Shown here in pieces: positions 1-11,092 of a DNA stretch of 64,000 nucleotides. A program made the translations under genes and the position numbers. Origin of the DNA: Malacoraja senta (taxonomy: Eukaryota); NCBI GenBank assembly GCA_038087875.1, contig JAXLNO010000516.1, positions 1 through 64,000 of the forward strand. Direction: 5' to 3'. The notes below the pieces were generated by a model, which was given only the letters and a program-made list of their open reading frames with translations, had not been told where the DNA came from and did no database searches. Every line of letters starts with the position of its first letter. Within the stretch, counting starts at the first letter, position 1.

Positions 1-180
1 CAGACACATTTGCACTTTAGACTGTTTTGACTGTTTTACTGTTCTTTTTATCAATCATGTTTCTCGGGGTATCTAAATCTAAATGTTATTAGTTGTTTAA
101 GTTATGACATTGGATGGAAGCTGCATACCACATCTCGTTTCACATATGTGCAATGACAATAAAATATATTATTTATTATT
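1..180 (+). mobile_element. 3' end of a non-LTR retrotransposon (clade uncertain)
   Basis: Ends in TGACAATAAA followed by an (ATT)n-like tail; the upstream part is cut by the window edge. Confidence 0.35.
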
Positions 181-826
181 GTAAAATTGGATGGCTGATG
201 GTTGGTGTGGAGTCAGTGGGGTGAAGGGCTCGCGAGGATCCATGTTCCAAGATGGTGCTGACAAGTTGATGGCAGATGACCCATTTTACTAACGGGCTGC
301 ATTATAAAGCAGCGGTCGGTGAGGGAGGTTAATTGCTACTGATTTGTGTAACTCTTCACCTCCATTATGAAACTGGCATCTTTGGGTGGGTTCTACACTT
401 GAGTTGGGGTTTAATGTGTAATTCTCCAGCCATTGTGAGATGCACCTGAGACATTCCTTGGTCTGCTAACTGACAAAAGCTGCCATCATTCTCAAACATT
501 GACAAGTTGAGGGAGAACCTTCCAAATGTGATGTTTTGAGCTTCAGATTTTGTTGCACAAATAATAGTTGATAAAGAATATATATAATCATGAAGTTACG
601 CAATATATTTATGGCAGTAATGTGATGTATGATCCCATGTTTTTTTTTAAAAGATAGTCACTGCTCCTGTTCAAATGTGCAAGATTTGTGTTCCAAATTA
701 TAAATAAAGTTATTGAATCATTTAATGTAAATTCTATGCCTGATCTATATAAATGTTTTCCAATTGCCTTAGAGATTTGAAAGAGTGGAATAATTGTGAG
801 GAGAGAGGTTTTCAGACGGAGAGCAC

Positions 827-1427
827 CAAAGATACTAGAGGAGCAAGATAGACCACTCCTCCGAAATCCAATGGAGTGACGTGTCGTACGTAACGGAACG
901 TCACGGCCGCCATTTTTTAATGCAAAACGCGACATCTTTGGTAGCGGGGACGGACTCCACAGTTATACAATCTGCGCTTACATCAGGTCGCAGGGAAGAG
1001 CAAAGATACTGGAGGCTCCTATAGTATCTTTGGGGGAAGAGGACATTTCCTCCACTCCTGAGTTGATCCAGGACTGATACTCGGTCTCCCCGATACCAGA
1101 TGAATGCAGCCGGTACCAGGCTCTCTGTCTGTCTGGCGGGAGAGCCTCAAGCGTCGGCGCTGCCGAGGCAGCAGGCAATGCTCCTCTCGTATCTTTGGTG
1201 TAATCCGTTCCAAAGATTGATCTGCTCTATCATCTTTGGTGTAATCCGTGTTGTAGGGAACAGTGTTTTATATAGCATCTATCACTTCACATATTTAGTT
1301 AATATTATTGTAAATATTATTATTATTATTGAAAATTGCAGTCCGGTAAAATGGCGTCAACACTCACCCATGTCATACTACGCTTTTTTCGCAGAGTGGC
1401 GCATCTTGCTCTGCTCTAGTATCTTTG
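827..1427. mobile_element. Non-autonomous DNA transposon, P-element-like (hAT not excluded)
   Basis: TIRs CAAAGATACTAGAGGAGCAAGAT (827-) and ATCTTGCTCTGCTCTAGTATCTTTG (-1427); perfect 8-bp TSD GAGAGCAC at 819-826 and 1428-1435; no transposase ORF. Confidence 0.8.
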
Positions 1428-1669
1428 GAGAGCACTGCCAGAGGTGAGCGGGGGCCGGCAGAAGGGGCTGTCCGTCCCAGCGGCCGGTCGCAGCCACCCG
1501 AGCTAATTCACTCCCTGGGCACAATGCGGTGGCTTCGTGCCTGGAGCGTCGCAAGTGGGTTACTGGCATAATCCCCGACCCCCTCTTTCACAATGCTCCT
1601 ACCCTCCCCACAAATTTACCCAGATTCCCCAAACACTGTGAAAGGAGCTCTTCCTCTCCCCCCCCCCAT

Positions 1670-2100
1670 GAAATACGGTATTTAAAAACATATAGCATCA
1701 AGAGATTTACCGACCACATTATTGGTACACAAACTCCATTCTTATCTCTTTGTTTCCTAAGATACACTTAAGATAATGACAATCCATATTTGAAAAACCC
1801 GCCAAGAAACCAGCGCTGCGTATGTGCAGTAGGCTGCTGCACCTGCGCAGAATTGCAAAGGCAGAATTTCAGCTGCCTTCAGCCCCGCTTGTCATTGACG
1901 GCTTGAAGCAGCGCTGACGGCACGTGGGTTGCACAGACCTTCGTGTGTTGCAAGCGCTGCGGATGAAAGGCACGGAGAATTATGCCTACCTAAGAGATCG
2001 ATCGCTTAGATAGGCATAATTCTCCCATGCCTTTACTATTTAGATTTAATAATTACATTTTATAATTTTAGTCAGGCTAGGCAGTGCCTACCTTGCCTGC
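1670..2100 (-). mobile_element. MITE/DNA-transposon-derived repeat, copy 1 (inverted relative to 5362-5797)
   Basis: Aligns as the reverse complement of 5375-5797; contains an internal ~70-bp palindrome at 1967-2034. Confidence 0.65.
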
Positions 2101-2569
2101 CACTGAGTTACTCCTTTGTGTCCATTTTTTGTATACCAGCATCTACAGTTTCACTGTTTCCACCTATCACTTGCCACCTCCTGCCCCACCCCTTCCCCTC
2201 ACATCTCTCTCTACCATATTTCTCCGCTCTACTCCATCGCTCCAAAGAAGAGTTCCGCCCTGTAACGTCGCCTGTCAATTTGCCTGTACAGATGCTGCTC
2301 GACCCTCAGAGTTGATCCAGCACGTTGTCTCTCCGGGTTCCGGCATTTATTGCTTCGTGTGTCCCATCTACATAATACGTGTGATGTTATGTGACAGTTT
2401 CCAGAGCCCAATTTGCATTGCACTCTGACCCAGCCTCAGGGACAGAGAGGAGAGGAACCGCCCATTCCCTCCACAGATGCTGCCTAGCCCGCTGGGTTTA
2501 TCAGCTGTTTGTTTTTTTACACATAGAGCTTGGCTGGACTGGAGACTTGGTTATACAGGAGACGGTGTT

Positions 2570-2840
2570 TTGTTATAGATACAGCACAGAAACAGGCCCT
2601 TCGGTCCACGGAGTCCACACTGACCAGTGATCCCAATGCACTTGCACTACCCTACACACTAGGGACAATTTTACCGATGCCAATTAACCTACAAACCTGC
2701 ACGTCTTTGGAATGTGGAAGGAAACCCATGCGGTCAGAGGAAGAACGTGCAAACTCCGTAAAGACAGCACCCATAGTCGGAATTGAACCTGGGTCTGGTG
2801 TTGTGAGGCAGCAACACTACCGCTGCGCCACGGTGCTGCC
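2570..2840 (-). mobile_element. tRNA-derived SINE (HE1/V-SINE-like)
   Basis: The reverse strand has a box A/B tRNA-like head, a GGAGTTTGCACGTTCT core and a CR1-type tail (GGCCGAAGGGCCTGTTTC-like). Confidence 0.75.
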
Positions 2841-3944
2841 CAGTGATGGGCGAGATATACAAAATTATGAGAAGGTGTATTTTGGATGGTTAGTGAGAAG
2901 CTTTTTCCCATGGTGGAGTGTTTACAAAAAGGGGGATAGTATCAATGTATAAAGACAAGGAACTAGTGTGAACACGATCGATGGTCAGCATGGACTCAAT
3001 GGGCCGAAGGGCCTGTTTCCATGCTGGAATGAGGACCTGTAGATGCTGGTTTATCAAAGAAAGACACAAATTGAAGGGTGGTGCAGGCTCAAAGGGCCAA
3101 ATGGGCCTATTCCTGCACCTATTGTCTAAAATGATGCAGTAATTCAGTGTGTCAGGTGGCATCTCTGGATGACATGGATAGGTGACATATTGGGTTGCGA
3201 CCCTTTTTCAGACGATATAATGAATCAAGGTGGAAGGCTTAGAAAGATTTGGGGGGGGGATTTTCTCCAGATAGGGGCTGGAATCTGGAATGCTCTGCCT
3301 GAGGGAATGGTGGAGGTCATTGTCCACACACAAGAGCATCTGGACATCTTGAATCGCAAGGGCATCGAAGAGTCATGGAGTCACACAGCACGGAAACAGA
3401 CTCTTCGGCCCAACCCGTCCATGCTAACCAAGATACCATCCACAATAATCGCATTTGGCCCATATCCCTCTACACATTTCCTATCCATGAACCTGTCCAA
3501 GTGTCTTTTAAATGTTGTTATAATACCTGCCTCAACTACCTCCTCTGGCAGCTGGTTCATATACCCATTACCCTTTGTGTGAAAAGGTTGCCCCCCAGGT
3601 TCCCATTAAATCTTTCACCCTTCGCCTTCAACCTGTGTCCTTGTGTTCTTGGTTCTCATACACTGAATAAAAATGATTGTCTATTCTTGTCTAATGTGAC
3701 CTGTTATAAATGTCTGCGTTTAGTTTATCAACAGGTGCCAAGTGTCTGTGACCGTTGATCTTTAGCTGGGAGCAATTCTCTCTTTATGACGTGCTTCAAC
3801 CAGCCATGAAGTTATTTTATATTAATATGTAATTACCCAGAATCAAATCCACTTTCATTAAAAGAGATCTGGTGACAAGAAATTTGTGAAGTACTTATTT
3901 TAAACGTAGTGCATTGCAGCCTGCAGTCTGGTGAACAAATGATT

Positions 3945-4295
3945 GATTGATAGATACAGCATGGAAACAGGCCCTTCGGCCCACCGAGTCCACGCCAACC
4001 ATCGATCACCCATTCACACTAGTTCTATGTTATTTTACTTTCTCATCCACTCCCCACACGCGAGGGGCAATTTACAGCCAATTAACCTACAAACCTACAT
4101 GTCTTTCGAGGAAACCCATGTGGTCACAGGGAGAACATGCAAACTCCACACATACAGCAGCCAAGGTCAGGATCGAACCCGGGTTTCAGGCGCTGTGATG
4201 CAGCAGCTCTACCTGCTGCATTACTATGTCTGTTTAGTTTGGAGATACAGCGTGGAAACAGGCCCTTCGGCCCACCGAGTCCACGCTGACCATCG
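3945..4295 (-). mobile_element. HE1/V-SINE-like SINE plus a second SINE tail
   Basis: Same motifs as 2570-2840; a second tail lies at ~4230-4295. Confidence 0.7.
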
Positions 4296-4549
4296 AGACT
4301 TGCCTGCGCATCCATATTTTACCTCGTGGATTCCAGCTCCGGTTCCAGACATCCCAGTTCAGACCCAACCCAGACTATAGGGAGGTTGCACGGCTGTCGA
4401 GGTCACGACCCGTGACCTGTACTGATGCCACGCAACGCCAACTGGAGTACATGCGGTGAACTGCAGGTAAGCACTCAACATGGCTTCCAGTGTAGCGAGC
4501 CCGTCCTGTGCCCCCGTATCCGTTCAATTGTCGCAGTATGCCTCAAATC

Positions 4550-5330
4550 GCGCAGCTGAGTACGAATAATATGTCCAAAAAGTCTCCTTGAATGGTATTG
4601 ATCATTATTTAGTGCCTGAAGCTGAGAGATCCCATGACATCTCCCAACTGCCAGAACTTAATTCCATGGACATCATGGCCTACCTCATCTCAACGCCCCA
4701 TCCATACACAGCAAAGAATTTTCAGGCAACAAGTCATCTGAGGCTTACAATCAGTTTGCTAATGGTTGGTTACACGACACTAGTGTATACATCGCAAATA
4801 ATTCTCCAGACTTACGAGTGGTGTGTGGAAAAGTAAGTTTTCTATCGTTATGCTATTACTTACTTATGTTATTTATGCTATTACTTATTGGAAGCTATTT
4901 TAACTCTTTTTATTTTCAATTATCCTCGCACCTTCTGCACTCACAAGCTGTCGGCGTGAATTCTAAGCCATTGATGCCGTGGGTTATTGGGACAAATGGC
5001 CAGATATACAGTGCCCACTGTGATTGCAAGGCAGGGCTTGGAGTAGTTTGTACCCATGTAGTGACGGTTCTCTTTGGTATTGACACTGGAGTACGGATTA
5101 GTGAGAAGACAACAGTCACCCAGGTCAAAGCATATTGGATGGAGCCAACGAGAAAGCAGGTTAAAGCTGCGCCTGTCAGCAAAGTTAACATCTCTTCTGC
5201 AGCACAGAAGAAAAGATGGCTTGATGCTACCATAGATGGGACTGAGCCGGAACAGCAACAAGCCAGAGATGAAGCTCCATCAGTGTCATCCGCTTCTTGT
5301 CGAGCATCGGAGTTGCTGCAGGACAAAGTA
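4550..5330 (+). pseudogene. Decayed two-exon SWIM zinc-finger gene of the type fused to YqaJ exonuclease in ISL2EU/Harbinger-related transposons
   Basis: Exon 1 reads NGIDHYLVPE...DIMAYLISTPHPYT, then a frameshift, then KSSEAYNQFANGWL...CGK, followed by a GTAAGT donor at 4833. Exon 2 reads HSQ...AHCDCKAGLGVVCTHV (CxC-x7-CxH SWIM) ...TQVKAYW. Truncated by the repeat at 5362. Confidence 0.65.
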
Positions 5331-5361
5331 CTGAGTGGACTTTTGTTAGGCCTGTCCCTGA

Positions 5362-5797
5362 CAGGCACGTGCCATCAGGGTAGGCAAGGTAGGCATTGCC
5401 TACCCTGACTAAAATTATAAAATGGTTATTATTAAATATAAATAGTAAAGGCACGGGAGAATTATGCCTACCTAAGAGATCGATCTCTTCGGTAGGCATA
5501 ATTCTCCCATGCCTTTCATCCGCAGTACATGTAATACGTGAAAGTATGTGCAGCTCACGTGCCGTCGACGCTGCTTCAAACCTTCAATGACAAGGGGAGC
5601 TGAATCTAGCTGAAATTCTGCCTTTACACAGTGGTCTGCGCATGCGCAGCGCAAGTTTCTTGGCGGGTTTTTCAAACATGGATCGTCCTTATCTTAAGAG
5701 TATCTTATGAAACAAAGAGAGAAGAACGTAGTTAGTGTACAAATAATGTGGTAAGTAGATTTCTTTGAGCTTTATGTTTTTAAATACCGTATTTCCG
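5362..5797 (+). mobile_element. MITE/DNA-transposon-derived repeat, copy 2
   Basis: Begins CAGGCACGTGCCATCAGGGTAGGCAAGGTAGGCA (terminus-like); internal palindrome at 5447-5516; mirrors 1670-2100. Confidence 0.65.
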
Positions 5798-5880
5798 GCA
5801 ATGAAGACGCTATTGTTTACCCAAAAATATGGCACGACAATTTACCTGCAGGCCGAAGGTTAGGTTTGTTAGCCAAGAAA

Positions 5881-5954
5881 GATAGACTTGGCTGTTCCTC
5901 AGTACAGCAACATCAAGAACGATGTTGCTGTACTGAGGGATAGCCAAGTCTATC
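5881..5954. repeat. 74-nt near-perfect hairpin
   Basis: 34-bp arms, AAGAAC loop, two mismatches (both G.U-compatible on the + strand). Confidence 0.9.
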
Positions 5955-6027
5955 CCTCATTGCTGGCAGCTGATGGGAAGCAGCTGTAAAGTGGGAAGTG
6001 ATCGTAAAAGGACAGCACCGCTGGGGG

Positions 6028-6472
6028 GTTCCAATACCGAAAGGGGCTGCTCCTTGCCTTCTGGCTGCACTTCACACCCACCATCCTCATCTTTGGACAC
6101 CCTGTGCGTCGGGCCGAAGATGTCCTAGTTGGGTTGTTCATAGGCCTGGCCAAGCTGGCCATCCACAAGGCCCATTACCAGGCGTAAGAGGGCTCTACCC
6201 GAGCCTGCTAGCTGCCCCTTTTCCGGCATCACGTCCATGCCCGGTTGGTTTTAGAAAGGGACTACGCGCTGTCCACGGGCTCCCTGGGGGATTTCTGGGA
6301 CCACTGAGCACCGCGGGACGAGGAATGCACCCTCAATAAGGATGGTGATAGTTGTATAGTAGTATATTCAGTATATTTGTTTGACCTGAATTATGGTGGT
6401 GGGCTTTGATTTGATTTATTTTGTACTGTACATATTATTGTAAATAATTAAATTATTTTTGGTTAAAAAAAC
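6028..6472 (+). mobile_element. Tx1-clade LINE 3' fragment
   Basis: An ATG-less frame reads FQYRKGLLLAFWLHFTPTILIFGHP...GLAKLAIHK, typical of Tx1 ORF2 C-termini; AT-rich 3' UTR and short A tail. Confidence 0.65.
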
Positions 6473-6619
6473 TGTTCTGTTGAATCAGCGTACAAAAGAG
6501 AGAGAGAATATCTGGTTGAGTGTTGTCAGCATTAATTTGAACATTAAAAAGGATTTTAATTTAGTTGCTGCAAATCTGAAACCTTTCACACACAAACACA
6601 ATAGACTTCCTTGTGCAGA

Positions 6620-6920
6620 GTTTAGTTTAGTTTAGAGATACAGCACAGAAACAGGCCCTTCGCCCCACCGAGTCCACACAAGCCAGCAATCCCCGAACAT
6701 CAACACACTAGGTACAATTTTTACATTTATACCAAGCCAGCTAACCTACAAACATGTACATCTTTGGAGTGTGGGAGGAAACCGAAGGTCTAGGAGAAAA
6801 CCCACGCAGGTCATGGGCAAAAGGTACAAACTCCGTATGGACAAGCATCCGTAGTCAGGATCGAACCCAGGTCTCTGGCTCAGTAAGGCAGTAGCTCTAC
6901 CACTACACCCACGTGCCACC
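6620..6920 (-). mobile_element. HE1/V-SINE-like SINE
   Basis: (GTTTA)n tail, CR1-type 3' end and tRNA-like head on the minus strand. Confidence 0.75.
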
Positions 6921-7039
6921 TTTATTTAATAGTCCACAAAATGCAAGTTACTGTCAAATTATTATGAAGGGAGAAAATGTGGTATGTGCCTCCTAAAATG
7001 TGGTGTGTGCCTCCTAAAATGTGGTGTCACTCTCCTAGG

Positions 7040-7280
7040 AATCTGAGGGGTAACTTTATCACACAAAGGGCGATGGGTGTATGGAACGAGCTGCCAGAAG
7101 AGATAGTTGAGACTGGAACTATCGCAACATTTAAGAAACAGTTAGACAGGTACATGGATAGGACTGATGTGGAGGGATATGGACCAAACGCAGGCAGGTG
7201 GGATTAATGTAGCTGGGACATGTTGGCTGATGTGAGCAAGTTGGGCAGAAGGGCCTGTTTCCACACTGTATCACTCTATA
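7040..7280 (+). mobile_element. CR1 LINE 3' fragment
   Basis: Reads LRGNFITQRAMGVWNELPEEIV...FKKQLDRYM (CR1 ORF2 C-terminus), followed by the 3' UTR. Confidence 0.8.
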
Positions 7281-9892
7281 ATCTTTAGAAAATTAAATAG
7301 TTCATGTCCAGCATTCAGCTGAATCTGGACGACATTCAGCGTAGACTAAACAGTGGCAAGTAACATTCATACATAGAAGAATCAAAGATCAGCTCCAAAA
7401 ATGGAGAATCGAACCGCATACAGATGATGTTCAATCGCATTAGCATTACCAAGTCACACCAACATTCTGGGGTCGTCACTGGCCAGAACTCAACTAGATC
7501 AAACACAATTACTGTGGCTACAAGAGCTGGTCAGGGATTGTAGTAACACATCTACTCATGTCCCGAAGTTTTCAACCAGATGCAAGGTAGGAGCTTTATA
7601 GGATTCTATCCATTTGCATCAATTAATGCATCTCCAACAGCATTCCCATAGTTGAGATCATTATTCAAAGCAGCCCACCTGTTTTGCATTCCACTGAAAC
7701 AAGATAGATATTTTTTCCCCACACCTCCATTGTGCTAGGACTAGCTTTTAGGAAAATGGGGTCGAGAAGGAAAGATAGATGAGCCATGATTAAATGGCGG
7801 AGTAGACTCAATGGGGCGAATGGTTAAATAAACTCGATTGACTTATGAACTTGTAAATGCATTTTAAATCAATTACTCAGGAAGGATACAAGTCACTTTT
7901 ACCACTCTGACGGTGACACAAAAACATCTAGGCTTTGCAAGTAAGGCAATTTGTAATGGGATTATTCGTTTAATTAAAGCAAAAGTGTTTTGCATACTTC
8001 TGGCAGGAGTATTTTGTGGTATTATCAGATGCTTGTAATCATGGGGAATATTAATGCAGTTTGTCACCCATGTTTGCATGCAATTCTACAGTAGTTTTTA
8101 ATGTCCAATGTTCCAATGACAGTCTAGAGTTGTCTACGACTTGTGTCTGAGTCCTGTCATTGGTTGGAATGACCAGTACCTAAAACCAAGCATTCCACAT
8201 CACCTCATCAGTGGAATCAATGCTACACTGCACGGTGTGCTACCTTAGCAACGGAGCAGGAACAGTAACCCAGCTCTCACCTCTAGAATTCCATGTAAAC
8301 TAAATGGTACAATTATATGGGGGATGTTGGGACAGAGACCGCTGCAGATGTACAAAGGCAATTTTTAACAATTGCAGAACAAGTTGGTTGAGTAGTCAGT
8401 TTAAAAAAGGAACACCGAACCTTTGGAACAGAGAAGCAAAGTATAAAAGCAAGGTATGCTACGTTTTTACAAATCTCTTCTGCACGTCTGCATTAAACAG
8501 CAAGAATGGTATCAAGATGAAAGGTTTCACTTACATGAAAAATCCAAAGAAAGTGGGATTGTCGTGCTTAGAGAAGGTTAAAAGGAGTGTTCATTGATCA
8601 GTCAGGTACACACGGTTCTTGCCAAAGGCATAAAGGTTTCCAACCAAGGGATACTGATTTACTGAAAAAGAATCAAGGCGATACTTTTGATCTATTACGT
8701 GAAATAGCCAGGCATGTGTAAAGTATGCCTGGGAATTGCGAGACAATCCATTAATGACTTTGCTTGCCAGATTATAATTCATTCTTCATTACAGAAACTA
8801 AACAAGCATATGGCAAATTTGTTGTGCCTCAGCATTCCGTCCCTCCCTCCTGAATATAAAATTATATTCTGTGCCATAAATACTTTTCTATACCTCAATT
8901 AGATGATCTGCACAACATCCCTCTTCAAAGCCAAAAGCATAATCAATTCAGTTCCTCTAATATTTTTCTTGACATTCAATTAGACAATGACAGAGCAGTA
9001 CACAGGCCGTCCTAGAGTAACAAATGTCCCACTTACGAGAAACCCATACATGCAGAAAAGCTCCAATACTAAATTCAAAAGTCCGATGTACATACATACG
9101 TTCATTTCTAGGAACATTCGAACTAGTTTTGTTTCTTTTAACAATTGTTCCTTCTTGTCAGCATTATGTGTTTTATAATGCCATTCATTACAAAATGGTA
9201 AACATAGAGTGATTTTTGTCTATTTTCTGACATGTACAGAAAATCAACATCTGTACAAATGGAATGCATTTGTTAGTCAGGGAAGGCCTGTGCTCAGATT
9301 AATTTATGCACATTTGCTCTGAATCCCTAATTAACCCTCCCACCAAAATTCTTATCTAACATGGCAGTGAAAGTACCAACTGACCCACAGCATCCAAAAA
9401 GCCTTTTGGGGAGAGTGCTCCAGGTTTCCACTGTGTTGTGTGAATCAGACGTCTTGCCAGTTTCAAGGAATCGTAGAATTGGTGACATAGAAGATGGTGT
9501 CCGTGCCGGCTGGAAAATTCCAGAACTTGATCCGTAGCCTTTCAGGCAGGCGCACTGTTCATCTTCCAAAATTCCGTAGGTTGCAGAATGGTTCACATAA
9601 ATTGGAAGAGAGCAAATGACGCCTCACTATTTCTGGAGAGAGGGAGATAGAAAATGAGGAACTGCAGATCAGTTAGGCTGGCATCAGCATTAGGGAAATG
9701 CTAGACTGTGGACTTAAATTAAAGATATGGTAGCAGGGTACATAAAAACTAAATCATTTAGCAGATGCAGCGCACATTTACAACTAGCACACCAAAGAAA
9801 GCAGGGCTCGAAATTAACGGTTGCCCAGTTGCCAATGGCCACCTAAAGTCCCGCCGGGCAACCTAAAAGCCGTGTCATTTTGCCCGGCTTGA

Positions 9893-10012
9893 TACTGCAG
9901 ATACTGGTTTATACCGAAGATAGACACAAAAAATGGTGTAACTCAGCGGGTCAGGCAGCATCTCTGGAGAAGAGAATAAAATGACGTTTCGGGTCGAGAC
10001 CCTTCTTCAGAA
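9893..10012 (-). mobile_element. Penelope-like terminal repeat with minimal hammerhead core
   Basis: The minus strand reads CTGAAGA-AGGGTCTCGACCC-GAAACGTC; the same repeat recurs at 15385-15585, 34068-34145, 40574-40650 and 55985-56185. Confidence 0.6.
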
Positions 10013-10290
10013 GGAGAAAGAAATACATTCAATTTCCGTTAGCCCTCCAGCTATTCATATTGCGGAGAACCAAAACTTGCACTCTGATAGCAGTAAATCT
10101 GATGCAGTATTTTTTCCAGTGTTATTATTGCGCCCATTGGTTCAAATAGGGAATCTGTGGCCGAATAATGGTGCTCGCAAGCGTTGCCTGCAGCCGGTCG
10201 ACATCGCAGAACTGCAGCCAACACTGTGGGATCCCGTCCCACGCACTGCACTGAGGCAAGCCACTGTGATTTTTTAATATGCAAGCGAGC

Positions 10291-10730
10291 AAGAAAGACT
10301 AGATAGACTCGGCTTGTACTCGCTAGAATTTAGAAGATTGAGGGGGATCTTATAGAAACGTACAGAATTCTTAAGGGGTTGGACAGGATAGATGCAGGAA
10401 GATTGTTCCCGATGTTGGGTAAGACAAGAACAATGGGGTCACAATTTAAGGATAAGGGGAAAGTCTTTTAGGAACGAGATGAGAAAAAAAAAATTCACAC
10501 GGTGAATCTGTGGAATTATCTGCCACAGAAGGTAGTTGAGGCCAGTTCATTGGCTATATTTAAGAGGTAGTTAGATGTGGCCCTTGTGGCAAAAGGGATC
10601 AGGGGGTATGGAGAGAAGGCAGGTACAGGATACTGAGTTGGATGATCAGCCACGATCATATTGAATGGCGGTGCAGGCTCGAAGGGCCGAATGGTCTACT
10701 CCTGCACCTATTGTCTATGTTTCTATGTTT
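10291..10730 (+). mobile_element. CR1 3' fragment, cut at the duplication boundary
   Basis: CR1 ORF2 C-terminus, 3' UTR and a (CTATGTTT)n tail; the mirror copy extends further 5', to ~61980. Confidence 0.85.
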
Positions 10731-10944
10731 CTATCCACAACAAATATAAACCTCACCTGCATTTTAATCCCCCCCCCCCCACAACACCAAAGCCTCCGGA
10801 ATCGCAAGCACAGCTCCACCGATGGTAGGTTTTGTAACAACGCCCCTATGTCAAAACTTTTATACACCTTGGTGGAGCGGGCCGGGCCCCCCCTAGATCT
10901 CGAGGCCGTAAGCTTAAGCTTGTCTGACTCACACGTAAATCCGA

Positions 10945-11092
10945 CCCTGGTGGGAGGAAACCGGAGCGCCCGGAGAAAACCCACGCAGGTCAAGGGGAGA
11001 GCACGTGCAAACTCCGTACAGACAGCGCCCGTGGTCGGGATGGAACCGGGGTCTCTGGCGCCATGAGGCGGCAACTCTACCGCTGCGCCATC
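10945..11092 (-). mobile_element. SINE head and core fragment
   Basis: tRNA-like head plus GGAGTTTGCACGT core; mirror at ~60928-61075. Confidence 0.65.

Noticed and set aside
7310..7850. Faint old LINE remnants (also 185-250, 2100-2520, 2860-3670)
   Set aside because: Too decayed to delimit or classify reliably by eye.
9327..9655. Minus-strand splice-acceptor-like tract (~9632) and an 89-aa ORF
   Set aside because: No recognisable domain and no partner exon; cannot be supported without transcript data.
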